From Pecten maximus (lineage: Eukaryota): a DNA stretch of 64,000 bases. Below are positions 31,216-44,210 of this stretch, piece after piece. Where the stretch lies: positions 9,920,001 to 9,984,000 of the forward strand of contig NC_047018.1 of the NCBI RefSeq assembly GCF_902652985.1. The letters run 5' to 3'. A program made the position numbers and the translations under genes. Numbering within the stretch: the stretch's first letter is position 1; each line of letters starts with the position of its first letter. A model generated the notes under the pieces. It searched no databases and was not told the DNA's origin. It saw only the letters and a list, made by a program, of their open reading frames with translations.

Positions 31216-32134
31216 TATCAGCATATTGTAATTCGATTTGAATTGCATTTGTATCTCACGAAGTCTTTAACTGTTAAATTCAAAGATATCCTTACTAACT
31301 CAAGCATACAAGCACACGATGTAAATGTTGAAACTGGTAGAATTGAATTATTTGCAAGTAAAACTGTGAAAACTTTGAGAAGTTTTTGTAAATACATATT
31401 TCATGCTCCGTCCAATATCTCTACTGAATAACTGAATTGGGTTAGGCAGCATTTGTTCTGTTTCTTTATTTTGTTTGCCTAAGATAGTGTGTTATATACA
31501 TTTTTGGTATGAATTATAAGTATCTCGGTTTTTATTCTCCGCCATCTTGTCCAAATAAATTGTAATGTACGTTTATGTATCATATAATTCATATATGTTG
31601 TGTAATATTCGGAAATAAACTGAATTGAATTGTTCTTTTGTATTTTACCAATGTATACTTAAACCGTTACGTTCCGAAACTCGTGCGCTCTTGTTCACAT
31701 CTCCTTCCCATTCTGAGATTTACAAAGCATATTTATAATAGAAACCAACATTTCTGTATCGTGGGTACATAAATCTAAGTACATTTCCCAGTGTGTATTT
31801 CATGTTACCTTCGAAATGAATAAAGGAGTTTTTAAAAAGTCAAATGTTTTGAGCACACAACTTTTGTAATAAAACAGTTTATAATATAGTTTGGACTTTG
31901 TTCTTCTGCTCTCGTTACACATGTTAGGATAAAACAAAAGTCACTTATTAACTTACACAGTTGCAAACCTTGTTCGGGAGGTCTAGTGTTACCAACTTAG
32001 TGTTTAGTAAGTAGGTAAAAACCTATTGTGCTTCACCATGACCGGCATTTAACTTAACGGAGATATCCGCTACATCAACACAGAGTTAAAAGGATTTGAT
32101 ATGGAAGTCGCGATATCTTTATGAATACTAGTGT

Positions 32135-33565
32135 ATGGGAACGAGCGAAGTCGTAAAGATGAGAAAACTAAAACTCCATTTTTCGACTGTTATTTTACTT
32201 CTGCGAGATCCAAAAATTTGTCTTCTATTGTTTCTTATAGGAGCAGGAATTGTGTTACATTTGCGTACACGACACGAAAGCGTCAGAATAGATGAACGTG
32301 CTGCCAACTTTCGACAACGTCTCCTGCATCAAGACTTAAGCGATGAAAGAGAAAATGATAGAGGATACATGGAAACAGAAAATCAGGGAATTAAGGAGGA
32401 GAAAAGGGAAAAATCATTGTTACAGAGTCAGCGACAGGAATATGCTCGAGCTGCTAGTAACCTAAAGCTTATACCGGACTTACACCACCAACATCGGGTG
32501 AACATTGACCAGCACAGGGATCAAGAGAAGACACCAAGTGAAACACTTTCAAAGTTTTCTCCTAAACTGTATCCACTTGATTTCAATTTAACCAGAATTC
32601 TGCACCAGTACAAAAGGAAAGAAAATGCTGATTTACAACCAATCAATGTGTTAAATTATCGCTATTTAATCAATCCAGGTCACACCTGTAGTGGGTCAGA
32701 TCTCATACGGGTTTTATTCATTGTTAAAAGCTCCCCACACCATTTTTCACAACGAGAAATCATTCGCGATACTTGGGCTGACAGAAAACGGTTCCCGTGG
32801 GCTCGGACAATCTTTTCCTTTGGAATACCAAACAAAAACAACGTGACGTTAGCAGATCTACACGAGGAATCCGTTAGACACCAAGACATTTTCCTTGTTA
32901 GTTACCTGGATAGCTATTTAAACCTAACCTTGAAGACAATGAGTGGGTTGAAGTGGGCGGTAAGCAACTGTCACCGTGCTATGCATGTCGTTTCTGTAGA
33001 CGATGATGTATACGTCGCACCCGATTTATTACTCAGCTTTCTGGACAATCTTCCTCGGTGGAAAGCAGAAACATTATTCTCTGGCCATCGTCTTACAGGC
33101 ACGAAACCAATACGGGTCTCTTCATCCAAATGGTACACACCAAAGACTGAGTACCCTTTCAAAAATTACCCGCCTTATATTTTCGGAGGATTTGTTATTA
33201 TGTCTATGTCAACAGTGAGGAACTTCACGATAGCAGCTATGTATACCAAACTATTTAAATTTGAGGATGTGTATTTAGGAATTCTAGCGTCCAAACTTGG
33301 AATAAAGATCCGAGATAATATATTCGTTAACTCAGGACGGGCATTCACCGTATCATCCGCATTCAAAACCACAATTGCTTCTCATTATTACGGTAATCCA
33401 AAAGATTTAAGAAAAGCGTGGGACTGCCATTTGAGTATCCTAGACCAGCACGAAGATAAGGCAGTGTTTTGTGACTATATAGGCAAGCGACTAAAGCAGC
33501 TGAAATCTGAAATAAATAGTATAGCCGACTGGATGGAATTCGTACAGAAAAGGTCAAGCACTTGA
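32135..33565 (+). CDS. GT31 beta-1,3-glycosyltransferase, brainiac-like, copy 1 (type II Golgi protein, intronless CDS, 476 aa)
   Basis: N-terminal TM and stem, then LFIVKS.P.H...R..IR.TW, DI....Y.DSY.NLTLKT, VSVDDDVYV (DxD), KWY....EYP...YPPY, FEDVYLGI and IASH.YGNP..L..AW. The true start may be the second Met at 32159. Confidence 0.93.
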   Translation: MGTSEVVKMRKLKLHFSTVILLLRDPKICLLLFLIGAGIVLHLRTRHESVRIDERAANFRQRLLHQDLSDERENDRGYMETENQGIKEEKREKSLLQSQRQEYARAASNLKLIPDLHHQHRVNIDQHRDQEKTPSETLSKFSPKLYPLDFNLTRILHQYKRKENADLQPINVLNYRYLINPGHTCSGSDLIRVLFIVKSSPHHFSQREIIRDTWADRKRFPWARTIFSFGIPNKNNVTLADLHEESVRHQDIFLVSYLDSYLNLTLKTMSGLKWAVSNCHRAMHVVSVDDDVYVAPDLLLSFLDNLPRWKAETLFSGHRLTGTKPIRVSSSKWYTPKTEYPFKNYPPYIFGGFVIMSMSTVRNFTIAAMYTKLFKFEDVYLGILASKLGIKIRDNIFVNSGRAFTVSSAFKTTIASHYYGNPKDLRKAWDCHLSILDQHEDKAVFCDYIGKRLKQLKSEINSIADWMEFVQKRSST

Positions 33566-34939
33566 AGTTGGTATCCAGTAATGAGTGGTGTTCCTACTTT
33601 TTATTTTAGATAGGGTTTGGACAACCTTCCATACCAATGTAAACATGATGTAACCGATTTAAATTTTCAGTTTTCAAGAATAATTAAAGACGTGAAGGAA
33701 AAATACTAACACCTCGCCTTTCACAAGGCCAGGATAACAAGATGTAGGAGGCGTTTGAAAATAACCCCGTGTATTTAGTTAATTTATCAGATATGTTTTA
33801 TTTCCCTATCATATCTCGACGAATAAAAGGTGAACTACAAAATGGTTGATGTTTTGAGGCAGTGAGAGAGTTTAGTTAGTTTCAGTAGATACATTATTTT
33901 ACAAATATTTTATATATTACTATCATTTTTAAAAAGGTAATTTACCTACGTGGTGGATACACATTTCTTTGATTTATCCGATACTAAAAAAGACGTCTGT
34001 TGGTGCCTTTACCCATGATCGCTAGATGTTTTATCATAGCTTGGTTATCATGTTAAATAACGCGGAAACCATTTGTGCTGTTGAAGAGAGGACAGGTTTT
34101 TATTGGAGATAGGTCCCCAGTGGGAAATAAGGTTAGTTATTCAACACCTGTATGAGGGACGGGTTTGTACGGTGACGTCCTAAAGGAGAGATCGTTCTTT
34201 GTACAATGAAGTTTTATTATATACTTACCTGTTACATACCACAGGCCTAGGTGGACGGTACAACGATTGACAACGTGTGAAGGAGCGATTTACCATATTC
34301 CATTATCCCCTGAATAACAATGCATAGCCAGCCTTAATGTATTCTTGTAGTCCAACGGACCAGAACTGTAGAGAGTGGTGTTGTTAATCTCTTAACCAGG
34401 GACCACTTGGTAATGTTTACATAAGTACTCTGGACAATACTTAAAATCGATCTGTTCCGTTATATGTACGAACCCTATTTAACTTCCTTACAATCAGCGA
34501 TTACACAATACAAATACAGCTTTAACCACGTTGTTCACTTCTTTAGCCTGGGGTAGAATATGTAACTTTAATCTTGTCTTTTAAGAGGGGTAGTCATCAC
34601 TCTGTTTTCGCTAGACATGTCAAATACATTACTTAGCGTACGGCACTGGTATGTTGTGTTTTTGTTTATCCAACTTGAATGGTTTATAAACAGCTTACAA
34701 CTCATTTTAGGAATGCGCAAAATTCTTCAATTGATGTTAATTAAGAGCCTTCCTAGTTTTTTTTATAACATAAAAACTCAACCAAGTTAAGCTTCGTGAT
34801 CCCCTATGGGTACATCTTCATTAGATTTTCTTCAAATCTGCTCAGTTACATCAACAATTCGTAAGTGAAATATGTAATAAACTTCTAAAATCAAGTAACA
34901 TCCGCGGACAATGACAGAAAAGCATGGGCTTGTTTATCA

Positions 34940-37430
34940 TATGGAGAACTTCCGATTTTTCAGGTAAACATTAGAAGTTTTCGCAATAAGTTAGATTATA
35001 TAGAGAATATAGCTAATGAATATAACATTTTATGTTTGACTGAGACACGCTTGGACGATAAAGTAAATACTGACAAACTACTTATAGCCGGTTTTTATGA
35101 ACCCTTACGACTTGACCGAAACTCTGCTGGGGGTGGTTTATTAGTCTATGTCAATCATTTACTGAAAGTATGTCGCTTACAAGCTTTAGAACACCCTGGT
35201 GATGAAGTGATTTGGATACAGATTGCTCTGCCTAGTTCAAATCTATTAATTGGTTAATGTTAAATGTTAAATGACCTTATTAATGAATATTACTGGACTG
35301 TTTTGTTTTCTGAAAGTGACTCGATTGATACAGCGTGTTACAGTTTTATTCTATTCTTTTAGAATTCATAAAAAAGATGCATACCTTCCAAATTAGTTAC
35401 AGTTCGACCTAACGACAAGCCCTGGATGACATCCGATATTAGAAAACATTTGAGAATCCAAGGCAACACTACAACCTTCAGACATTAACAAATTTAAATC
35501 TCAACGAAATAAAGTAAACAGTTTGAAGAAAAATATCCGACTTCTATTTTTACGAGAACGCTAATGAACTGGTAGACGAATATGGAACTTCTGACCCAAA
35601 ATCTTATTGGAAACTTGTAAAACGACTCATGAAATCAGGTGGACACTACCTTCAATGACGGACCTTTCGACTAACAGTACCTAATACAGCCCGCTTATTC
35701 AATGACTATTTTTGTAGTATAATCTGTGTTTATAGTGGCTATATTCCAGTTCCGTTGGTTGAATCTAAAAGTGATAAATGTTTTGTATCTTTGGGGTTAA
35801 ATCATTCAAAAATTAAAGAGAAGTTTTAAAGCTAGGGAAAGCATTGGGTTGGGATAAGTCATCATGTGCTGAAACATATTGCTAATTCTATCTGCAAACC
35901 ACTTGAAATACTTTTCAACATGTCCCTATCTTCATGTATATATATCAAGCCAAGTGGAAACTTGTAACTGTAATGCCGCTTTACAAAAAGGGAGATTGAC
36001 CTTGGCCGTGTAGTCATACTTATTATCTACCGTTGGTAAAGTGTTCGAGCGGGTAATATATAAATGCATATACAACTAATTTTTGGAAAATTGCTTGCTC
36101 CGTCGATACCAATCAGGTTCTATGTCTTCTCGATCTCTTGTTTATCAACTTATTGAAATACCATAAAATAGGTATTGCCTTAGAAGAAATAAAACATACT
36201 TGCATTATTTTCTGTGATATATCTAAAGCTTTTGGTCGTGTTTGGCACAGGGGCGTAACAGCGAAATTAGATAGGTAATAGGTAATATTGATGCAGGTGT
36301 ACCACAAGGTTCTGTACTCGGGCCGCTTCTCTTCTTGATATCTATTAATGATATTACTGATGTAATTGATTCCGTCTCTAGATTATTTGCAGATGATGCA
36401 TCTTTACTTTTTTCTGCATTTTCATGCCACGAAATAGAAAATACTCTCAACAAGGACATATAATCTTTGGTTAGTTTCTTTTAATCCTCAATTCTATAGA
36501 TATTGATAAAGATTTGAACCTTATATTTGATGGGAAATACTTAAATTTTACAAACATACATAGACATTTAGTTGTAATCTTTAATTCAAGTGGAAAATGG
36601 GGAAGTCATGTTGAGAATATCTTAAGTAAACTTAAATACATGATGAAAAGAGATCACTCAAAGATGTATAAATCTTTTATTTTACCAGGTATGTACGTGA
36701 ATTGTGGGATGGTTGCACTTCTTATGAATATGAGAAATTTAAAAAGCCGAGAGAGGCGGCTCGAGTTATATCTGGGCTCGAGTTATATCTGGGCTCGAGT
36801 TATATCTGGGCTATCTTTGTATGCAAGTCACGATTCATTATATTTAAAAAAAAAAAGGCGCAAATCGAATGTTTTATATAAAATGAAAAATAATTTAACC
36901 CCCCAGCTATTTATCAGCCATTTTGCCAAACTCCGTGGGTGACAGCAATCGTTACAACTTACGAAATCAACCTAATTATTATATTCCTTCTTTCAGACTT
37001 TCGTTAAGTAATTTCTCCCATAGAGTTTACGTCTTTGGAATTCGTTAGTTAATGAAATAAAAGCAGCACTATCTTCTTTAAATATTTTAAAATTTGCTTT
37101 ATCCGATGGAGCTAACTCGCCTCCACCATCTTATTTTAATTTTGGCGACTGCAATGTAAATAGTTTACTCGGGCATCAGTGTAGCTCCTAGGAATATGAT
37201 TTTTTTTCCGTGTTAAGATTGTTGAAAACCCTTCATGTAACTGTGGACATTCCCGCGAGGATGTAACACATTTGTTCTGAGAATGTTAGCTTTATTATGC
37301 AGCACGAACAACACTAGGTCATTAGATACATATCCAGTCAATCTAGACTTATTTTTATTTGGAAATAAAAATCTGTCCGTAGAGATTTTCAGACACGTGC
37401 ACATTTTCATTAAATCTAGCAACAGGTTAA
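34940..37430 (+). mobile_element. Decayed near-full-length CR1-group LINE ORF2 (APE endonuclease plus RT)
   Basis: NIRS, CLTETRL, R.DR...GGGLLVYV, DKPWMT, FCDISKAF.RVWH, AGVPQGSVLGPLLFLI.IND, LFADDA and a C-terminal C.CG..ED..H region. Numerous frameshifts. Confidence 0.88.
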
Positions 37431-37788
37431 AACGTCCTTCCCTCAAACACGCTGACAATAAAGTATTCCTAGTTAAAACAACCTTCCCTAAAACACTATT
37501 TTACGAACCAGAACACCTACATACCTACGTACATTTCGACTAATTCCTTAAATAACTACCAAAAGACCAATACAAAGACCGAAAATGTTTGAATGGAATG
37601 CCTGCGTCAACACTATTTACGATAAACCGTTAGGTTTATACTACCATTACCTAGCCGAGAACGTCTAAGAAGAAAAAATAACATTAACTATCGTGTGGTA
37701 CATTTCCATTGGTAGACATTATAGGCGTTCTAGATTTGATTTCTAACATTATATTCGTCATTCCTTGTCAATGTGTTAAGGATTTAAA

Positions 37789-39159
37789 ATGCGAAGGCCG
37801 AAAATAACAGTTGCAAGGTTCCTTTGGCAGTATGTCTTTAAATTCCGTTTCCTATTTCCTGTGGTAGGGATTTTTATCTTGTATTCCTTATACAATGGTG
37901 AAACAAACAACAAGAGAATCCTACATGTGGAGAAGCGTCCCGTACAACAGTATGGCATTACAGAAGAAACACGATATCGCTTTGAAATGGAACAAGAAGA
38001 TAGTGTTTTTTCCGAGGAAAAGGATGGTCCAAAGCAACATGCTAACCGGAAGGAGTCTGGAAACATTTCTCAAAGGGAATTGAAACTGATAGCCGATGTG
38101 AAAAAATTCGCTGCACTGGAAAACAGTGTAGATGTACAAGTTGAAAAGGGGACGTTTTCGCCTAATACATATCCATGTAGTGTGAATCTATCTAGGATTT
38201 TACGTCAATATGACACAGAAGGTTTTGCGGAAGAGCAGCCAATTAACAACATCAATTATAGCTACACTGTCAATCCCTACAACACGTGTAAAGTATCTGA
38301 TAACATAAAGGTTCTCTTTATAGTGAAAAGTCGACCAGACCATACGCTACCTCGAACAGTCATTCGGGAGACTTGGGCTAACACTAAAAGATTTCCATCA
38401 ATTCGTGTCATTTTCTCTTTCGGGATGCCAAAATACTCCTCACGACTGCAAGCCTTACTGGGCGAATCGTCTACACACGGCGATATTCTCATCGTTAAAG
38501 ATTACATAGATGACTATTACAACCTAACCCAGAAGACCATTGGTGGTTTTAAGTGGGCGGTAACACACTGCAAACATGCGGCATATGTAGTGTCTGTCGA
38601 CGACGACGTGTACGTCGCACCTGATTTGCTCCTCAGAATTCTGGACAGACCCCATATTCGGAAAGTAGAGAGACTTTTCTCAGGCCATTTGATGATCGAT
38701 ACAAAACCAATCAGGAATCCTAAAGATAAATGGCTCGTTTCTATGTCCGAATACCCTTTTACGAACTATCCTAACTACATTTTCGGAGGATTTGTTATAA
38801 TGTCTATGTCAACAGTGAGGGACTTCACAATAGCAGCTATGTATACCAAACTATTTAAATTTGAGGATGTGTATTTGGGAATATTAGCTGCTAAAATCGG
38901 AATAGAGGCGACTAATAATGGGTATGTTAATTCTAAGAAAACATTCACTGTTTCAGAGTCATTTAAAACACTCATCGCCTCCCATTTTTATGACAATCCA
39001 AAAGATTTACAAAGAGCATGGGATTGTCATTTAAGTATACTTGACCAAAATAATGACAAATCTATTTTTTGTGACTATATAGGTAAGCGTCTTCAAAAAC
39101 TTAAATCTGAAATAGACAGTATTATAAGCTGGATGGAGATCGTAAAATTCAACTCTTAA
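37789..39159 (+). CDS. GT31 beta-1,3-glycosyltransferase, brainiac-like, copy 2 (456 aa)
   Basis: Same motif set as copy 1 (LFIVKS, YNLT.KT, VSVDDDVYV, FEDVYLGI, IASH); intact ORF with an N-terminal TM. Confidence 0.93.
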   Translation: MRRPKITVARFLWQYVFKFRFLFPVVGIFILYSLYNGETNNKRILHVEKRPVQQYGITEETRYRFEMEQEDSVFSEEKDGPKQHANRKESGNISQRELKLIADVKKFAALENSVDVQVEKGTFSPNTYPCSVNLSRILRQYDTEGFAEEQPINNINYSYTVNPYNTCKVSDNIKVLFIVKSRPDHTLPRTVIRETWANTKRFPSIRVIFSFGMPKYSSRLQALLGESSTHGDILIVKDYIDDYYNLTQKTIGGFKWAVTHCKHAAYVVSVDDDVYVAPDLLLRILDRPHIRKVERLFSGHLMIDTKPIRNPKDKWLVSMSEYPFTNYPNYIFGGFVIMSMSTVRDFTIAAMYTKLFKFEDVYLGILAAKIGIEATNNGYVNSKKTFTVSESFKTLIASHFYDNPKDLQRAWDCHLSILDQNNDKSIFCDYIGKRLQKLKSEIDSIISWMEIVKFNS

Positions 39160-39764
39160 ATACTTATTTCAATATACATTTAACTACAATTTTTTTTTTT
39201 TTTTATGTATAGGCAGAAATTGCACACTGGTGCTATATATTCCAGTCAATCGGATCACCTATTCTAACATACTTCACAGGGTATTCCTGCGGTTGCTATA
39301 GTGAGATAAATAGAGGTGACCCAACGAGTGGTTGTTGTTTATGGTATTGCTTTCACCCGAGCTAGTTATTTAATTATTTACGAAAGTGAAAAAAAAATTA
39401 CCAAACACAACACCCAAGGGTTTGTGTGACTTGTTTCTAACACAGTAGAAAATGTTTGTTTTTTTTTTTGTTTTTTTTTTGTTTTTTTGTGTGTGTCAAA
39501 AACAACTGCGAACTACTAATCAAAACAGTTGATTATGTCATGCTTTGGGAGTAGCAAAATTCACCAGGAGTAAGGAAAGGCAACTGGCGCGCGTTATAAG
39601 GTAACACACAATAGCGATACATTATAATTTTATGTTGTCTAACCACGTTTCAAATTGATTACATCACCTATTTCGTCACGTATTTTATTGGACATTGATG
39701 ATGGCGTGATAAAAGTTTTCACATCACATTATAATTTGTCACTTGTGTCAATTTTGCTAGAAAA

Positions 39765-40078
39765 ATTATCAAATATGAGCGTGTACTGTGAACAAAGATA
39801 TTTCAACCCTCGTATAAGAGTTTGGCTGGCCCTACAACGAGGGTTGAAATATCCCTGTCCACAACTCAGCTCCATTACTGACCAGCCAAACCCTAACACG
39901 AGGGTTGAAATGCTCCTGTCCACAGAACAGGCTCATTACTGACCAGCCAAACCTTACACCAGGGTTGAGATATCCCTGTCTACGATACAGGCCCATTACT
40001 GACCAGCCAAACCCTTACACCAGGGTTGACATATCCTTCTCCACAGTACAGGTCCATGTAAGATTCGTCTACTCTTTG
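39765..40078. mobile_element. Non-autonomous hairpin element with imperfect long inverted repeats and internal tandem units of about 62 bp
   Basis: The left arm tgtactgtgaacaaagatatttcaaccctcgtataagagtttggctgg is an imperfect reverse complement of the repeated ccagccaaacccttacac.agggttga.atatccctgtccacag units. Confidence 0.6.
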
Positions 40079-41558
40079 TTAGACATATATCAAATGTCTA
40101 CAATTCAACTAAAGCTATTGTGATATTTATACATATATATTTTTTTTCTATTGTTTTCTATTTTCCTTTCTCTTATTATTCAATCAATTTTGTTGAACGT
40201 GTTTGTAAATTAATACTGATAACCAAGTTTTAAAATAATATTCGAAATGTCTAATCGCTATATATTACCAATAAGTTTTGTTTGGGACAAATAGCAGTTA
40301 GAAAGGAACGATTGTTTGAATGCTGCTTCCAACAGGAAAAAATGGGCACAGAACATTGTTACGTCATTGCTCCCATCTAGATACCTTTGTGACGTCTTTA
40401 GGCCAATCCACATACTATATCAGGCGAGCTAAATACTATTGGTGACGTCATCAGGTGAGCTAAATACTATTTGTGACGTCATCAGGCGAGCTAAATACTA
40501 CTTAATGTCAACAGAAAGGACTACAAAGCCTTGTTGTCTGTCAAGTCGTTCTCCCACCATTACCGGAACAATTAACAATTATATCTAAACAATGGTTATA
40601 CAGCAATAGAAATAGTAAACTTTTTGTCAAATGAATTCATTTTAAATAATACATATTGTATACATTGAGTATCGTTTCCTGTGCATTTCGGTAATATGCT
40701 TATGATTAGGATTATCGATTGTATTTCTTGTAGCCCATGTTGCTATTCATGGATATTTATCTAATTTACAGAAGGGAGAAAAAAATTGTTATATAACGTT
40801 TTGTTACATTATAAATATATGGGGAGCAGAAAACTAGGGTGTAGAGTCCAGAGTTTAGAACTCAGAACCAGAAACTTTTGTTTTCATTTTAATTTTTCAC
40901 CGTCCAGTAAGAAATAGCTATCCTCCATACTTACATATCACAAACTATAAACCTCACCTGGATGATTCGCATAGGACAGGTGTAACATTTACAGGTAGAT
41001 GAGTACTATACCTGTACCAACAGCACACCAATAAGTTACGTAACGACATTCTATTCTCTGTATCAACAATCAACAGTCCTTCGTCTTCGATCCGTCAACT
41101 CTCAATACAATTAATGAATATTCGGCGCTACCTTTGATTTTTGTTCAATAGTGTTCAGGTTTTGTGAGATGCACCATATATTAAGAAATACAAATATACA
41201 TTTTAACATAGGAGGAGAGCTCCCAAACAACACATGATCGAACATATTTTTCTTGAGTTCTAACTAAATACGCTGTTCTCGGTGTCGGTCGTTGTTGTCC
41301 CTTACAATATAATCAAACTCATGTGGGAGCTTATGTACACTGGTAAACAGTGTAAGATATTTGAACTCGAAGGTTTGTCTTTGTGACACGATTATTGTCT
41401 ACAACGACTCGTGATGCGGTCTATAGAAAGTATTCGCCTGGGGATTCCTATTTATAGTCATTAATATGGCGGCCATATTTAAAGAACTATAGACAGTTTG
41501 AATACTTATTACACGCTATACGCAGTACAGACCAGAGTCGTAGATCAGAGCCTCAGCC

Positions 41559-43053
41559 ATGCGAAGACGTAGACATAATTTCAGACCAGTTATGTTGGTC
41601 TGGAAACATCCTGGGAAAATATGTTCAGTGTTAATACTGGCTGTAGTGTTTGTAGTGATTTACCTTTCTACCAGAGACATTGACACGATCGACAATACTG
41701 CCAGCATCAATTTTCAGAGGAGGTTCATAAAACTATTTGATGCAGATCAACGAACAAACAATATCAATAGTATAAAACGAACCAGACCAACACGCCTTCC
41801 CATAGAGAAACCTGGCCACAACGGAGGCAAACGAGTAAAGCAAGAAATACAACATCACGATCAAGCTATATAACCAGGTGGGAGACACATACAGTCAGCA
41901 AGATCGTGATTCAAACCGGCAAAGAGGTCAACATAAAGATAGTGTTCAACAGAATCAACATCAAGAAGTTCAACGTAAAAATATAACCACACAGGATCAC
42001 GTCGACCAGGATCACAGCGGCCTAGACGACGATCCAAAGAAAGGGGTCATTTTTACACCTAAAAGGTATCCAATGCCTGTGAATATGACCGATATCTTAA
42101 GACAATATCATATGAAAGGCTCTGCTGATGAACAGCCAACAAATTCGTTTGATTATCGCTATATTATCAGCCCTGATCAAACGTGTAACCAACCGGATGC
42201 TGCAAGAGTGTTGTTTATAGTAAAGAGTAGCCCTGAACACCATTTACGACGAGTGACTATCCGTGAAACTTGGGGAAACAGTAAACGATTTCCGTCGATA
42301 AGAACCATTTTTTTGTTTGGGATTCCAAAAAATGGTAAATTGTTACTAAATCTACAGGACGAGTCAGTGACATATAACGATATAGTTCTTGTGGATTATA
42401 CTGACAGTTATTATAACCTTACCCTAAAAACCATTACTGGATTGAAATGGGCGGTTACCCATTGTGCGCGTGCAAAATACGTAATATCCATTGACGATGA
42501 TGTGTACGTCGCCCCTGACTTGCTACTTAGGTTTCTTGACAGGCCTAATATAAAGAAAGAAGAAACTGTTTTCTCCGGCCATCTCTTGGTCAACACGGAG
42601 CCCATTCGGGACGTGCATTCAAAATGGCAAGTGCTAAAATCTGAATACCCTTTTAAGAACTATCCTAATTATATTTTCGGAGGATTCGTCATCATGTCGA
42701 TGTCAACAGCGAGGGACTTCACAATAGCAGCGATGTATACCAAATTGTTTAAATTTGAAGATGTGTATTTAGGAATTCTAGCTGCTAAAATCGGAATAGA
42801 GGCGACTAATAATGGGTATGTTAATTCTTGGAAAACGGTCACTGTTTCAGAGTCATTTAAAACACTCATCGCCTCCCATTATTACACTGACCCAAAAGAT
42901 TTACAAAGAGCATGGGATTGTCATTTAAGTATACTAGACCAGGACGATGAAAAGGCTATTTTCTGTGATTATATCGGTGATCGTCTACGTAAGATACAAT
43001 CGGAAATAAACAGTGTCATTGGATGGATGGCAGCCGTTAAAAGTTGGACATGA
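41559..43053 (+). pseudogene. GT31 brainiac-like copy 3, frameshifted in the stem (recent null allele, assembly error or micro-intron)
   Basis: The TM-containing ORF 41559-41873 and the catalytic ORF 41878-43053 are in different frames. The catalytic domain is fully intact. Confidence 0.75.
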
Positions 43054-43639
43054 ATGGACATGAACGGACACAATGGTTCCGATATTATTGAATTCCGGAT
43101 CATCTATCTTGTCTTCGTTCCTATTTATGTTGTTGATGTTTTACCTAACACTTAACCAAATGACCATGACGGCTACGAGGGAGTTAAACCCTGCAAAAAA
43201 TCAAGTGAAATGTTCATCGTTCACCGCGTTGTAGTTCAAATAGAAAAAAAATTTATTTAATAATTAATAAATGCTTACCTTAATTACATGTTTTCGTAGC
43301 TATTCTGAACGATATATCAAATATATATTTATTATGGTGTCCTGATTAACAACCCTAAGGCTAAGAACATTCATTTGTGATATGTGAGTGTGTTATGATA
43401 TGTGAGTGTGTTATGATAGGACCCGAATTTAAGAGTTTGACGTGGTCAGCACAAGGAAAAGATGTTATAGTTATAAATTTTCGATGTTACGTCATTGCAT
43501 TGTTATCTTGACGTTATATAAATGAGATGAATTTGGAATCCCCAGCCTCAAGTGTTTTGGGTATTAGCAGACGAATTGCATCGATGTTTGTTCCAAGTGG
43601 AATGTGTCAATATAATTGTGTATGAGTGAGGCTGACTTG

Positions 43640-44210
43640 GCAAGCCGATTACTGACCAGCCAAATTCTTACACTCGACAAGCCAAATGCTGACCAGCCAA
43701 ATTCTTATACTCGGCAAGCCGAATGCTGACCAGCCAAATTCTTATACTCGACAAGCCGAAGGTTGACCAGCTAAACTCTTATACTCGACAAGCCGAATGC
43801 TGATCAGCTAAACTCTTATACTCGGCAAGCCGAATGCTGACCAGCTAAACTCTTATACTCGACAAGCCGAATGCTGACCAGCTAAACTCTTATACTCGAC
43901 AAGCCGAATGCTGACCAGCTAAGCTCTTATACTCGGCAAGCCGAATGCTGACCAGCTAAACTCTTATACTCGACAAGCCGAATGCTGACCAGCTAAACTC
44001 TTATACTCGGCAAGCCGAATGCTGACCAGCTAAACTCTTATAGTCGGCAAGCCGAATGCTGACCAGCTAAACTCTTATAGTCGGCAAGCCGAATGCTGAC
44101 CAGCTAAACTCTTATACTCGACAAGCCGAATGCTGACCAGCTAAACTCTTATACTCGGTTTAGATATCCCTAACAACATAACAGACCCATGTAAGATTAT
44201 ATTATTCTGT
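43640..44210. repeat. Minisatellite, 37-bp unit (gctgaccagctaaactcttatactcgacaagccgaat), about 14 copies, ending in a transposon-like terminus
   Basis: Period 37. The array ends in agatatccct...cccatgtaagatt, which resembles the end of the 39.8-40.1 kb element. Confidence 0.92.
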
